From assembly GCA_017654855.1 (NCBI GenBank), contig CM030335.1, forward strand, positions 2,108,001 to 2,172,000: DNA of 64,000 nucleotides, written 5' to 3'. Below, piece after piece: positions 1-13,212 of this stretch. The DNA is from Podospora anserina. Lineage: Eukaryota. Below the pieces are notes generated by a model, which was not told the origin of the DNA, did no database searches, and worked only from the letters and a program-made list of their open reading frames with translations. Every line of letters begins with the position of its first letter. Position 1 is the first letter of the stretch. The position numbers were made by a program, and so were the translations under genes.

Positions 1-2
1 AG

Positions 3-728
3 GACGATGACGATCTGGCCAAGGCGATCAAGCTCAGCAAGGAGGAAGAGGAAAGACGGCGACGGGAACTGGAGTCGACCAATGCTGCCGCTCTGTTTGA
101 TGACGCACCGACGCCAACGGCTCAGCCTCAGTTCACCGGGTTCAACCAGGGCTATCAGCAGGGGAGCGCGGTTGACTTTTTTGCCAACCCGATTGATCAG
201 AGCCAGATGCAGATGCAGCCAACGGGCTATGTACAGAACGCGTTTACCGGGTACGGGGTTCAGCAGCCGCAGCCAACTGGCTATCAGAATGGCTTCCAGA
301 ACGGGTTTGGCCAGCAGCCAAATGCTTTTGACCCGTACGGTCAACAGCAGCAGCAACAGCAGGCTTTCCAGCCCCAGCCGACGGGTTACAACCCTTACCT
401 TCAGCAGCAACAGCAGCAGCCGTTCCAGCAGCAGCAAACATCCCAGCAGTTCCTGACACCACAGGTTCAAGAGAACACTCTCCAGCCAGGTAGCAATAAC
501 CCCTGGGCCAGCAACCACAGCACCGGTCTTCAGGCCATGAAGCCCACGCCCACAGGTTCAAACAACCCCTTTGCCCAGCGACCATCCTCCGCATTCAAGG
601 CCACCTCCTCGCTGGGTAGCCTCCCAGAGCAAAAGACGCTCTCAACCTTTAGCTCCTTCACATCGCAGCCAGCATCGCAGTCTCAGCCTCAGTTCCAGTC
701 TCAGCCCTCGTTCCAACTGCAGCCACCT

Positions 729-759
<31 letters not shown>

Positions 760-1118
760 CCCAGAGGGAGATGACGGAGCACGAGGCGAGACTGAACGCG
801 CTATTGAGTACGGGCGAGGGTTTGGATACGTTTGGTAACACGGGTAACCTGAGGATTCCGGCGCAGCATACGGCTCCGGGGGTGTTTGTTAACAGTGCGG
901 GGGCTGGGTTGGGAAGGATGACGGCTGATCAGACGGGGAGTAATCCGTTCTTGAGGCAGCAGTTCACGGGGATGCCGACGGTTAGTTATGGTGGTGGGGG
1001 ACAGCAGCAGCAGACGGGGCCTGGGGCGTTTGGTGGGGTGGGGGGAGGGGCGAACAACCCTTTTGCGCAGAGGAGTGGAGGACAGCAACAGCAGCAGGGG
1101 GATTTGATTCAGTTTTAA
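3..1118 (+). CDS. Epsin (Ent1/Ent2-like), 5'-truncated by window edge
   Basis: Frame from nt 3 reads DDDDLAKAIKLSKEEEERRRRELE (UIM). Several NPF/NPW EH-binding motifs, QPTG repeats, C-terminal clathrin-box-like DLIQF*. Confidence 0.9.
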
Positions 1119-2981
1119 GGGGGGTGAAGAGGGGGTAGAAGGGAAAGAATGAAGAGTCTGAAGAGTGAGGATGATGAGAGAGAAGCAAGGGGAGGGTGGA
1201 GTAATTGGGGTGGGGGGCGGTTGAGTATAGTTTCGATGGGGACGGTATTTGTTAGGTTGGTTTTGGTGGGTTTGAGGGAACAGAAAAGAGGAGTGGGAAA
1301 GGGGTAGGGTAGGGGTTGGAAGAAAGAAGTTTGAGTGTTGTGGATGTTTGATGTGGATGTTGACGTGGTGAAGTGGTGGTGGTGGTGGTGGTGGTGATGG
1401 ATGGATTGATTTACTTAGGCAACCTATTTTTTTGTCCTTTTCTTTTTCTTCTTCTTCTATCATTCGGAACATTGAGCTTCAGATTTTGAGTGTTTGTGTG
1501 ATACAAATGGTGGTGTTTCTGTGTCTTGTGTGAAGTTTATCGTGATGTAAAGGTATACGCAGGTAGGTCAAAAGTCCATGTTAGAAAGTTTGGTTGGACG
1601 GCTCTGTTGTGTCAAGGCTGGTTGGCTTTGAAAGGGCAGTAAGAGGGAGAGCAATGTGATATGTGCGAGAGGTGGAATATGGATATGTTGAAAAGTGAAG
1701 GGTGACAACCATATATATTTATAGCAGAGACCCCAGACTTGAAAGAGGTTGTAACACGTCTTGAGGTGGGCTGTTTTATTGTACATGGACAAGTCTCATA
1801 TGATTTTGGTCACTGCCTGATTTCACAACGAACCTACCTATTTCACACCGAGTTGTCAACTGAGAGGTGTGGAATTGTGGCATGCTTTACGAAAAGACAG
1901 TAGACAAACGGAACAAAGGCCTGGTGTGTCTGGGGGATTTATAGTCTTTCCTGGAAGCAGGCAGCTGTGTGATTCATCAGGGGTAAAGGTCTAAAACTGA
2001 GAAATAGCAAGGCGTCCAATAATTTTGCTAGGAACGGTCTATGATTTGCAGTTGTCAAGTGCGTCAAGTACGTCAAGCTTGCAAGGCAGACTTGTAGAAT
2101 TACTAAGCTGTAGCCTGTGGGCCAATCAGAGGGGGGAATTGGGCGTTGGCTGGAAGGTTGGGCTGGGCACGTGAGGGATTTGAGGATGATGGCTGATGAA
2201 CTTAAAAGCGAGCGGTCGGAGGAGAGGAGCCATAAATATGTAGGGGGAGAGACTGCGCTGGTGTTCCAGATGTCTTGTTCTTCAGAGCAAAAAGTTGACC
2301 TTGAATGACCAAACAGGAGCTTGATGCTGCTTGGGTGCTTGATAATTGGTCCGTGTGTTCTGTCAAAAAAGCTGTGACCCTGGCCACTCTTTTCGCAGGT
2401 GACGCACGGCTCACCCAGGACTCTTCTTTATCTGATTGGTCACTTGAGCTCTTTTTTCGCCCCACCCAAGCATTGGGCTAGGAAAGAGAAACGGGCCAGG
2501 GCTGGAGAGAGAAGAGACAGAGAGGAAATAATAGCGGAACTTTCGCGAGCTTGCCAACTCGATTCTCCATCGCGCCTGTCACGACCACAACGAACAAGGG
2601 TCAAGGAAAGCAAGGTCGCCCATTTTCTTTACCTTACTTTCCCTCTCTCTATCCCCGAACAGCGCAGGCCAACATCTGAAACCTGCCCTTATTTGAACTT
2701 TCCTTTTATCTCATTGAATTTTATTTTTCTTTTTTCGGGGGAAAAATAACATCCATCACGTTACGCGCGCAGATCGAGAAGACATCAGTCCCTGCCTCGC
2801 GATTTTTTTTCCCCAGACTTCGTTGTCCAAGATAACCATCTGAGCCGACAACAACGAGGCGGCCAATCATCAACAACACCCGCTTGCCTCGTCACCGAGC
2901 GCGACTGACGACAAACAAGCAACTACATCACCAGCATTTTCGTCTGCCTGCCACTGCGCGACATCGATCATCACCGAGACG

Positions 2982-5900
2982 ATGGCGTTCGGCGGTTTTG
3001 GCGGCGGCGGCGGCGGCTTCGGCCAGAATAATAACACCACCGGCTCGACATTCGGCGGCTTTGGTGCTACAAACAACACATCTTCAGGTACGTGTCAACG
3101 ACTTTTCGGTTTGTTCGAGGACGACTTTCCATTGCGACATCGATCGACGGTCTCATCGAGCGATCACCACTGCTGCCGACGATGAACTTTTTCGAGGCCG
3201 CGACTGATTACTGACTGATGACCTAGGGTTTGGCACAGGCACAGGCTTTGGAGCAACCAACAATGCTGCCCCCGGCACCACTGGCGGCAGTCTCTTCGGC
3301 GGCGGCGGCGGCGGCGGTACTACTGGCGGCTTTGGTACTAACACCACTGGAGGTGCTTTTGGAGGTGGTGGTTTCGGCGCCGCGAAGCCAGCATTCGGCA
3401 CGCCAGCCAGCACAAGCGGTGGAGGCCTTTTTGGGAGCACAACTGCCACCGCCGGCGGCACCGGGTTCGGCTTTGGCAACACTGCCAACACTGCTGCCAC
3501 GTCAACACCCTTTGGCGGCGGCGGTGGATCATCACTGTTCGGCGCAGCCAAGCCTGCCACAACCGGCTTTGGCGGGACAAGCACGGGCTTCGGCGCCGGG
3601 GCGACTGGCGGCAGCCTTTTCGGCGGTGGAGGCACAAGCACCACGGGGACCGGCTTCGGTGCGACGACCAACCCCGGGATCGGCACCGCGACTGGCGAAG
3701 CTCCAGGGACGGCAGTTGTTGCTTTCAACCCCCTGGTAGAAAAGGAGCCCAACAATGTGTCTCAGAGCAACTCATTCCAGAACGTATGCTTCATGGACGC
3801 CTACAAGCGCTGGTCTCCTGAGGAGCTTAGATTGGTCGACTACAACCAGGGTCGGAAATCTGGAGGGGCTACTGGGTCGACGTTTGGAAGCACCAACTTT
3901 GGAGGCTTTGGCGCTACCGGGACAACAACAACTAATACTGGCTTCGGCGGCGGTGCCACTACAGGATCAAGCTTGTTTGGTGGCGGTGGAACAAGCGGAG
4001 GATTCGGAGCAGCAACAACTACTCCAGCTGCCAATACCGGTGGCTTTGGCGGCAGCAGTCTCTTCGGTGCTAAGCCTGCAACAGCAACCACTGGCATGTT
4101 TGGAGGCACCCCCGCGCAACCTGCCGCTACGGGTGGCAGTCTCTTTGGAGGTGGTGGAGGTGGTTTTGGCACCACGGGAACAACTACTGGTGGCTTCGGC
4201 GGTGGAGCTGCCACGACCGGTACTAGTCTCTTCGGCACCAACACCGCAACTGCCGCGAAACCCGCCTCCGGCTTCAGCTTTGGAACCGGTGGCACTGCGA
4301 CTACTAATACCGGCTTTGGAGGCACCGGCACTGCTGGCACCGGCACTGGACTCTTTGGAGCCGCTACACAACAACCTGCCGCAACCGGCGGCGGGCTTTT
4401 CGGCACTCAGCAACAACAGCAACCTGCCACGTCGGGCTTTGGCGGCTTTGGCCAAACCGCGGCCCAACCCGCTGCCACAGGAGGTATCTTTGGAACCGCA
4501 CCAGCCAAGCCTGCCACTGGTCTGTTTGGAACTGCCACCACAACCGCTCAACCGGCGACGGGCGGCTCTTTGTTCGGTGCGACTGGAACGACAACAAACA
4601 CAGGATTCGGCGGAGCTGCCGCCCAGCCCGCAGCGGGCGGGAGTCTCTTCGGGGCAAAGCCGGCAACTGGCGGGCTCTTCGGTACAACCACGACGCCTGC
4701 CGCGACCGGCGGTGGTCTCTTCGGGAATCCTCAGCAACAGCCTGCTGCCACAGGATTCGGCGCCGGCCTGGGCCAGAATAACCAGCAAAAGCCTCTTTTT
4801 GGCAACACCACTGGTGGCGGTCTCTTTAGCCAGCCGGCACAACAGCAGGGCGGTTCGCTATTCGGCGCTTCTCAGACGCAGCCCCAGCTCGGCTTGGGCA
4901 ACTCTCTGCTTGGTGCTTCCCAACAACAGCAGCAGCAGCAGGGTTTGTCGACTAGCATCAATGACCTTTCCGCTTATGGTGCCGCTACCTTGTTCTCGGG
5001 TCTCAGTGATGACAAGATCGTCAATCCTGGGCCCCTGGCCACTCCTCTAGGTGGCAAGCCCAAGGTTAAGAGCCGGTCGATTTTGCCCATGTACAAGCTC
5101 AGCCCCGCGAACGCTTCCCGCTTCGTCACCCCGCAGAAGAGAGGCTACGGTTTTTCGTACAGCGCCTATGGGTCGCCTGCTACGCCTTCCAGCATCTCGA
5201 GCACCCCCGGCGGCTTTGGACAGAGTCTTTTGGCCAGCAGTGTCAACCGTGGTTTGAGCAAGAGCATTTCTGCCAGCAACCTGCGCCGCAGCTTCAACGT
5301 TGAAGATAGTATCCTGCAGCCAGGTGCCTTCTCGGCCAACTCGAGCATGCGTCTTCTTGGCAGCGCTAGCAGCAACAAGAAGCTGATCATCAATAAGGAC
5401 ATGCGGAGCGATCTGTTCAGTAGCAGTGATAAGAAGCAAGCTCAGGAAGATGCGAGCGGTGCTCGCAAGTTGGCCAAGAGAGTGAGCTTCGATACCAGCA
5501 CAGCTGATAGTCCCAGCAACGACGAGGTCGCTGCGATTACGGATGGCAGCGAGAATGATCTTGGCTATCTCAGGCCTTCCATTCGTTCCACCAACAACGG
5601 CGCCAACGGCAGCAAGGCTTCTCCGGCCTCTGCCGCTCCCGAGATGACACAAGTCAAGGGCAATGAGCTTGCCATCGTCCATGAGGAAGAATCTCCTGCC
5701 GCCGCTCGGGTTACGCTTGCTGCCAAAGCTCCCGCCTCCCCATCCGCTGGTTCTGAGGAGGCTGGTGAGTATTGGATGAGCCCGTCGCTCGAGGACATCC
5801 GTGCCATGAACAGGACGCAGCGCCAAAAGGTTGTGGACTTTACTGTTGGTCGCGTCCACGTGGGTAATGTCCAGTTCAAGGTTCCTGTCGATCTCAGCAA

Positions 5901-7002
5901 CATCAACGTGGATGAGATCATTGACAACATCGTCATCCTGGTTCCCCGCTCAGCCACCGTGTACCCGGTTGCGGCCAAGAAGCCGCCCGTTGGCAAGGGC
6001 CTGAACGTTCCTGCGCTGATCTCGCTCGAGCATTCATGGCCCCGTGGTGGCAGGGACGTCAGTGGCCGCCGTCTTGAAAAGCACATTCAGAAGCTCAAGG
6101 CTATCCCCGACACGACTTTTGAAGACTACGACCCGGAGACTGGCGTCTGGCAGTTTTCTGTAGAGCACTTCACTACCTATGGTCTGGATGATGATGACTC
6201 CGACGATGAAGAGTTTGAGGAGGAAGCCATCCAGCCTATGCAAGCTGCCAAGCGTGCTCAGCACGTTGAACAGATCCCGAGCCCGGTTGTCGAGGCCTCG
6301 TCCACGTCGCCTGTTGACCCCGATGACACCTTTGAGTTCAAGCGCAGCCGCCGCACTCTGCCTGGCGCCTTCGACGACGATGAAGCCGCCATGTTCGATG
6401 AAGAAGAGGACTCTGATGTCTCTCACCAGGGTACGCCACCTCATGAGCCCCTGGACGCTGACACCCCCATACCATCACGGGAGTGGCCTGAAGATGAAAG
6501 CATGGCTGACGGACCCGGTGACTTCCAGCTCGAAGCCTATGACGACTCGTACGAACAAGGGTCGGTCGACGGCGCCCAGGATGAGTTCCAGCTCTCCCGT
6601 TACGACGACAACGCTGAGCGACTCCCTGCTGGCATTGTGAGAGCACGGATGCGGGCGCTCAAGAAGTCGACAGCCCCGACCAAGATTGAGGTGGCCGGTG
6701 GTGATGATTGGACTCAGATTTTGCAGGCGAGCGTGCGGGCGCCCAGGACGGTGGATCGGGCCACGCTTCGGGAACTCAACGAGACGGGGGCGGTTTGGGA
6801 TATGAAGGATCGCGGGAGCCCCGCCCCCAAGGACGTGGCGGTGAATAATAACGACGACGGGTTTGCGACCAGTCTGGACTTGATGAAGTCGCTGTTTCAG
6901 CAAACGAAAGGCGGGCCGACTCAGTCCTCGCAGGCATCGCCCGCGAAGGGGTTCGTGAAGGTCGGTCTCCCGCTTGTCTCCTAGTTTTTCTTTTTTGCAC
7001 AC

Positions 7003-7047
<45 letters not shown>

Positions 7048-8773
7048 TCTTTGTCTCACTACCCAAAAATTGCATCAACACCCGGTTTTGTAATTCTACG
7101 TATATTGAATTGAAACATTTTCTGACATTTTTTTTCTTGTGTTACAGTGGCCATACCAGACGCGTTCCAAGGTTGAAGACGACGAGACTCAGTCGGTCCC
7201 TCGTCCCACTTGGGGCCCTGACGGGGTTCTCGTGACGGCTCACGACGGCGAGGCCAGCCTGCAGGCTGTTGACGGCACGATCACTCCTGGTGGGGAGGCG
7301 CAGGTCAACCCCAAGATTCTGGCTCAGCTTCAGCAGTATATCGATAGCGTTTCTGGCTATCAGGGAGATTCGGGCCCGGAGTTTAAGAAGGTGGCGCAGG
7401 GTGATGCCGTTTGGGAGCTGGCGTCGCTGCTTTTTGACGAGAACGGCGTTGGACTGCCTGGTTTCTGGCGGCAACTGGTGCTGGAATCGACCAAGACTGC
7501 GCTTGCGAGGGCTGAGTCGCCGGAGGAGAAGGCCATCATTTGTTTGGCTGGGAATTTGGTCCCGGAGGCGTGTGCGCAGCTTGTCAAGGGGAGGGATATG
7601 AGACTTGCTGTGCTGGTTGCTGGGATCGGGAGTCAGCAGGCGGATATCAAGGCTCAGTTGAGGGACTGGAGGGAGTCGAATGTTCTCTCTGAGATTTCCG
7701 AGCCCGTCCGCGCGGTTTATGAACTTCTGGCCGGCAATGCCTGTGTTTGTGACGGGGTCAAGGACGCGCCGATTGAAAGTAGGGTTAGTTCCTTTACCAT
7801 TTCTCAGCGGTTCGGGTTGACTTGGGAGCAGGCTTTTGGGCTGAGGCTGTTTTATTCTGCCGCCGAGGACGGGGCGCCGAACGTGAAGGGGGCGATCAAG
7901 AGTTTTCAGATGGATGTCGAGCAGGACAGGGAGCCGGAGCCGGGGAGTCAGATGTGGAGTTTGTTGAAGGCGTTTGCGAACCAGGAGTTTGACTGGAGTG
8001 ATGGGCGGTTGGGGTGGTTGATGACGAGGGCTATTCATGCGAGCGGCAAGGTTGGGTTCGGGGAGGATGATGTCGGGAGGCTGGACAGGGCGAGTGTTGG
8101 GTTTGCGGGGGCGTTGACGGGGATGGGGGATTGGGTGCCTGCGGCGTTTGTGCTGCTGCAGCTGAGCGAGAGGGAGGCGAGGGAGAGGGCGGTTAGGGAT
8201 CACCTTGGGAGGCACGCCAGTTTTATTGGTGCGCCGAGGAACCCGGGCAGTGCGTTCAGTGCGCTCAAGAAGTTTGGAGTCCCAGAATCATGGATCTGGG
8301 AGGCGAAGGCGCTGGATTATAGGGCCAGGGGAGAAACCCACCAGGAGTTTCTCGCGCTGGTCTGGGCGAAAAACTATGCCGAGGCGAACAGGGCTTTTGT
8401 TACGAAGGTTGGGCCGGATCTGGTTATTGGGAGGGAATACAAGAAGCTGGCGACGTATGCGCAGCTGCTGTTCAAGGTGAAGAGGAATATTTCGGACTGG
8501 GACAGGGCGGCGGTGGTGTATTTGCTTTACCCCTTGGTTAGGCTGGAGAAGGGGAAGAAGAAGAGCAAACTGGATGAGATGGAGGAGAGGCTGTTTGATG
8601 GGTTGGTTTCGCTGAGGGGGATGGCGAGGGGGGATTTGAGGCAGGAGGCTGCGATTGCGGACATGGCAGAGGAGTTGATTCGGGTTAGGGGGGGGGAGGT
8701 GAGGCTCTATGGGTTGCTGCCGAGTGATGTTGCGGGGCGGTATAGGAGGGCGGAGGTGTTGGGGGAGATGTGA
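2982..8773 (+). CDS. NUP98: Nup98-Nup96 (Nup145-type) precursor; exons 2982-3087, 3227-6960, 7148-8773
   Basis: FG/GLFG repeats, GLEBS-like FQNVCFMDAYKRWSPEELRLVDY, autoproteolytic domain (KPPVGKGLNVPA...EHFTTYGL), helical Nup96-like C-terminus. Both GT-AG introns preserve frame. Confidence 0.95.
6998..7046 (+). repeat. (CA)n microsatellite in NUP98 intron 2
   Basis: Directly visible dinucleotide run. Confidence 0.95.
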
Positions 8774-9750
8774 GTTGATTTTGTCAGGGAAAATAGGAAT
8801 GAAGGGAAAAGGGGGTTTAATTTGGTCTTTTTTTTTGTTGTATTATCAGTAGTGTGTAGGGATTAATGGGATTTTTGTTACTTAGGGAAAAAACGGGGGG
8901 GGGAGCGATATTGGTTTTGTTTGAGCATGTGGTGATGAGTAGCGGGTTTACTTTTGAGGGAGGGGGGAAGGGGGGTTAGTTAGATTAGTATAGCTAGCTG
9001 AATCAATCAAGGGGGTGGATAATTCTACCTTTTGGTGTGTCTTCTTGTGTTGTGATCCTGTGAGGAATCACCCTTCCCACAGAATGACAAGCTCGGTGAA
9101 ATATAGGGACACAATATATCATGATTGTCAACTTGGGTCTCTTTGCAAAGGGGATAGGCCTCGAAAGATGGTCATAGGCCTTGCAAGACAGTTGACATGG
9201 GCTCGCAAGATGGTCAAGAGGCCTACTGACGTTCCTTTGAGGCATGGTTCGGAATATGGTCTGCCTTGGCTTGCTTTTGCGGTGCCAGTTATTTCATCTA
9301 GATCGTTGTAACTTGGATGTCGAGGGTGGATAGACAGGCTTGTCGAATACAATTGCAGATATAAAGGTCCCATGTGTTTCCTCTTGTCGACAAGTCCTCT
9401 GATGTTTATCGATAGGTAGGCAGGCACCTGGTCCAGTGTCTCTCCTAAGGCTTTCCCCACCGGTTGATACACAAATGGTGTGTACGATATTAGAGGGGCT
9501 TGCAAGGGAGCAAGCTCCAGAAGTGATATGCACAACATGCCGATTTTTGAAGCAGAAACATCCTCTCTGGCATGTCCATGGGGGATACCTACCTACCATA
9601 GATACCATTCAGCCACTCAAACACATGACACAGCAACTCACGCTCTCGACCAAGCCGACTTGTATAGATCAAATCCGTTACTGATATATGTGCACGTACC
9701 CTGATTCCTGAATCGTTCCCCCCATACCCCCGAGCTCTCAACTCGAACAA

Positions 9751-11414
9751 TTACTTCCCCTCCTCAACCAAAACCGCTGCCCCATCCTTCCTCAACCCCA
9801 GCTGCCCAGTATCATACCCATTCTCCTCCAAAAACCCCCTGAACCTCTCATCCTCATCCCTGATCATGTCCTGCTCCACCCTCGGCACCCAAACCCAGCA
9901 CAGCACCGCACTCAACACACACCCCGCGCTCGACACATAGAACGGATACTGGGCCGAGAGCACCTCGCTCCCCCCCCCAGCCTTGACAATATACGGAAAC
10001 ACATAGGTCCCCACAAAAGCCCCCAGCTTCCCAACCGCAGCCGCAACCCCATAATACTGCCCCCTCACCCCCGTAGCACAAGTCTTCGCAGCCAAAACCC
10101 CAATATTGTTCCCCGGCCCCAGCTCCCCCAGGCTCTGAAAGATCCCAAACACCACCGCAAACCCTCCCACCACCTCCGGCCTCGCCAGATAGGGGTAACA
10201 ACCCGCCATCACAAACCCAACAACCCCCTGGAGCAAAACCCCAACCGCAAGCGCCCTCTTAGGACCCAACAAGTCAGACACCGGAGCGCCCAGCATCGTG
10301 CCCGGGATGTAAAACAGGTTGATCACCGTGTTCCACCCAAAAACCGTCGTCAGCGGCGCAGAGTCCCCGTCAAAAATGTTCGCCAGGATCGTGCTCGAGT
10401 AGATCGAAAACGAGTACGCCGAAAAGTCGTACAGAAACCAGATAGAACTGACGACAAACAGCCTCCAGCCATAAAACCTAAACACAAGCCTGTACGGCGT
10501 GCGCGCGTGCTTCATCGAGTGCTTCTGGAACTCCTCTGGCTCCTTGAGGAAAAACCTCAGGACAAACAGGCTGAGCGGAAACACCACCCCGATCCCGAGA
10601 CTCGTCCTCCAAATAACTTCCAGGTTGGTGTTGTGGCACGCGGCCGCCACAAGCCAGGGGACAAAAGCCCCCATCACGAAGCCCTATCCCTTTGTCAGCA
10701 CACACCCCTTCTCGTTTGTTGTAGAAGAGGTAAAACTCACCCAGTCAATCATGCTGTTCGTAAACAAAATGAACCACATATTCCTCGTCCCCTTCCTCAG
10801 CTCCCCCGACGACTCGGCCGCCGCGACGCTTCCCGCAGGGTACTCCCCCCCGATCCCGATCCCGACAAAAAACCTCCACACCGTCAGCACGTTGAACATG
10901 CCCACCGCGTCCCCTTTGTAGTAACTCCCCGTACTCAACGCCGTGAACAAGATCAGGATCAGCGTCGACAGCAACAGTGAGTTTGTCCTCGACCACTTAT
11001 CACTCAGATACCCAAACAGCAACTGCCCCACCACGGTTCCGGCGAAGGCGATGGCGCTGAGGTAGGATTTGGCTGTGGAGGTGGACCAGAGGGGGCCGTA
11101 CTGGATTGCGAGGACGGTTATGACGGAGCCGATCACCTTTTCCCTTGCGGGTTAGTAGCTGACTGGTGGAGAAAGGTAGGGAAAGGGGGAGAGGTTACGT
11201 TGTTGATATACCCGTCAGAAAACAACCCTGCTCCGCAGGCGACGACGGGGAGGAGCTTTTGCCAGAGGGTTTTGTCATTTGGAGCTTCACTGCTGCTGAC
11301 GGCGAGGGGGTTCTCGTTTTGGGTATGAGTCGGTGGGCTTGACGAGGAGAGGGGGACTTTCGGAGGAGGGTTTTGGTCCGAGCTGGCGCCCGAGTCGGCG
11401 CTTTCTTCCTTCAT
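9751..11414 (-). CDS. GIT1: MFS transporter, GIT1-like glycerophosphoinositol/glycerophosphodiester permease; exons 11414-11199, 11136-10741, 10683-9751
   Basis: VACGAGLFSDGYINN, GQLLFGYLSDKWSR, RFFVGIGIGGEYPAGSVAAAES, GELGPGNNIG, RGQYYGVAAAVGKLGAFVG. Introns phase-compatible. Confidence 0.85.
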
Positions 11415-13212
11415 TCTTTCTCTGCGTTCTCGATCGGGGATTGGTTTTGGGGACGGAGAAGAAGAAGAGAAGGATGAAAAAAAGAAGAAAAAAATTGAAT
11501 GAAAAAGGGGGAAAGTGGGAGAGCGCTGCGACGTTGCTGCACGCCGGCCGGCCGAACGGTCGGCGTGGCTTGTGAGCTTCCGGTGTGATGGGTCGCGGAG
11601 GCTGAAAGGCCCTTGACTTACGCTAGGGTAGGTTAGATGGTTGTCAGTCAGATGAGGGTGTGTTGTTAGAATATTCAAATATATAAAAAGTTTGATTCGG
11701 TGTATATGAGCGCGGACTCACCTACGTAATAAACGTGTGCTGAGTCGAAAGGTCAACGTGGGAAAGTCGAGTCAACAGAATCGAGAATGGGCTGTGATGT
11801 AGGACTCGGTGAGAATAACGGTTGCTAAGGTTAGGAGAAGCCACGGGAGTTGCTTGGTTAAGCTGGGGGGCTGTCGTGCCAGTGGGCTGCAAGTGGCAGA
11901 GAATGCATGAGGCAGGAGCGGTGGAAGGGAGCACGTATTGTCCTTCAGTTCAGATAGGAACACGTTACTTGGAAAGAAAGTGTCGAAAAGATAAAACCAA
12001 TGGGTCTCTCATATTTGGTAGGCGTGTTATTTGATTCTGTTCAAGGTCGAGGCGCTCCCCCCTCCAAAGTATACCTCTCTCTGACCGTGCTGCCCTCAAT
12101 AAGCACAGGTTTTTTTATACCTTGTCTTTCCAACATTATATCCGATACCGACACCCTTGCTTGTGTCCCATGTCTCGCTCTCTCCGCTAATCGGCGGTGT
12201 GCTTCTGGTGTTGTTCTACATGATGCCTGCCTTCGAGATGTTGAAGGAAAGCAGGTGACGTCGGGGTCACATGCGCTAATAGAAAGCTCGGGGGTAAAGC
12301 AAGCTTTGCGAGTCAAACGGCCCGCAGCACCGTCCGCCTCGGCATGCATCCCGGCATTTGATTGCTCTATTAAAGATGGTCTTTAACACAAACCAACAGA
12401 CAGGCCTCAAACACAAACCAATAGGGCCTTCATGACGGTGACAATGTACTGCACATGTACCTAAACAGCTGAGTGACTCTGGGCGGGAGGTGGGGGGACA
12501 GGCTGACTAGTGAGGCGTCATGTTTTAGACTCTGCTTCTCGGATTTGGTCTTGTTGGGTGGTTCCTACGTTTCTCTTCAAGATCTTCATTTGGAGCCCCC
12601 CTGGAAGGGTATATATATTCGGGCCCAGGTCCAATACACCGATTACATCCCGCAGAGGTTTATCCAGGAGCAGGAAGAGGCTGTCGGATGGCTGGTCGAG
12701 ACATGTGGCTACCCTGCGGGATATAAAAAGCTGGACCGGTTCTTTCTTCATAACCCGGCACGTGACAAGCTTGGGAAAGTATTGCGGAAATACCTGAGGA
12801 GGCCAAAGCGACAGTTGGCATAGGGACAGAGAGCGCGGGAGAGGTCGGAGCAGGTACAAAAGTGTCAATGTCTTAAAAATGATGCGCATGCCCCCTTGAC
12901 TATCTTTTTAGACCTCTCGACTGTCTCGAAAGCGTCCCTCGACTATCTTCAGAGGCCACAAATCCCCCATTACACACAGTGTGACCCCCTCTGTGTAAGT
13001 GAAGCATTGAATCAAGCTGAAATTAGACATGTGTCCCATGTTTTCTCTACGGGTCGCACTCCTCCTCGTGTGATCCCGCGCACGACATGCTGTGCTCATC
13101 ACATCCCGACCAGTCAATCCCATCCCTTCCCCAACGCCAAAACACCAAAACCCAAAAACCAAATTGGTATCATCAATTCATCCATTTTTGACCGTTTTTT
13201 CAGAATACCACC

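Noticed and set aside
3755-5050. 431-aa overlapping alternate-frame ORF in NUP98
   Set aside because: By-product of the low-complexity GC-rich FG repeats.
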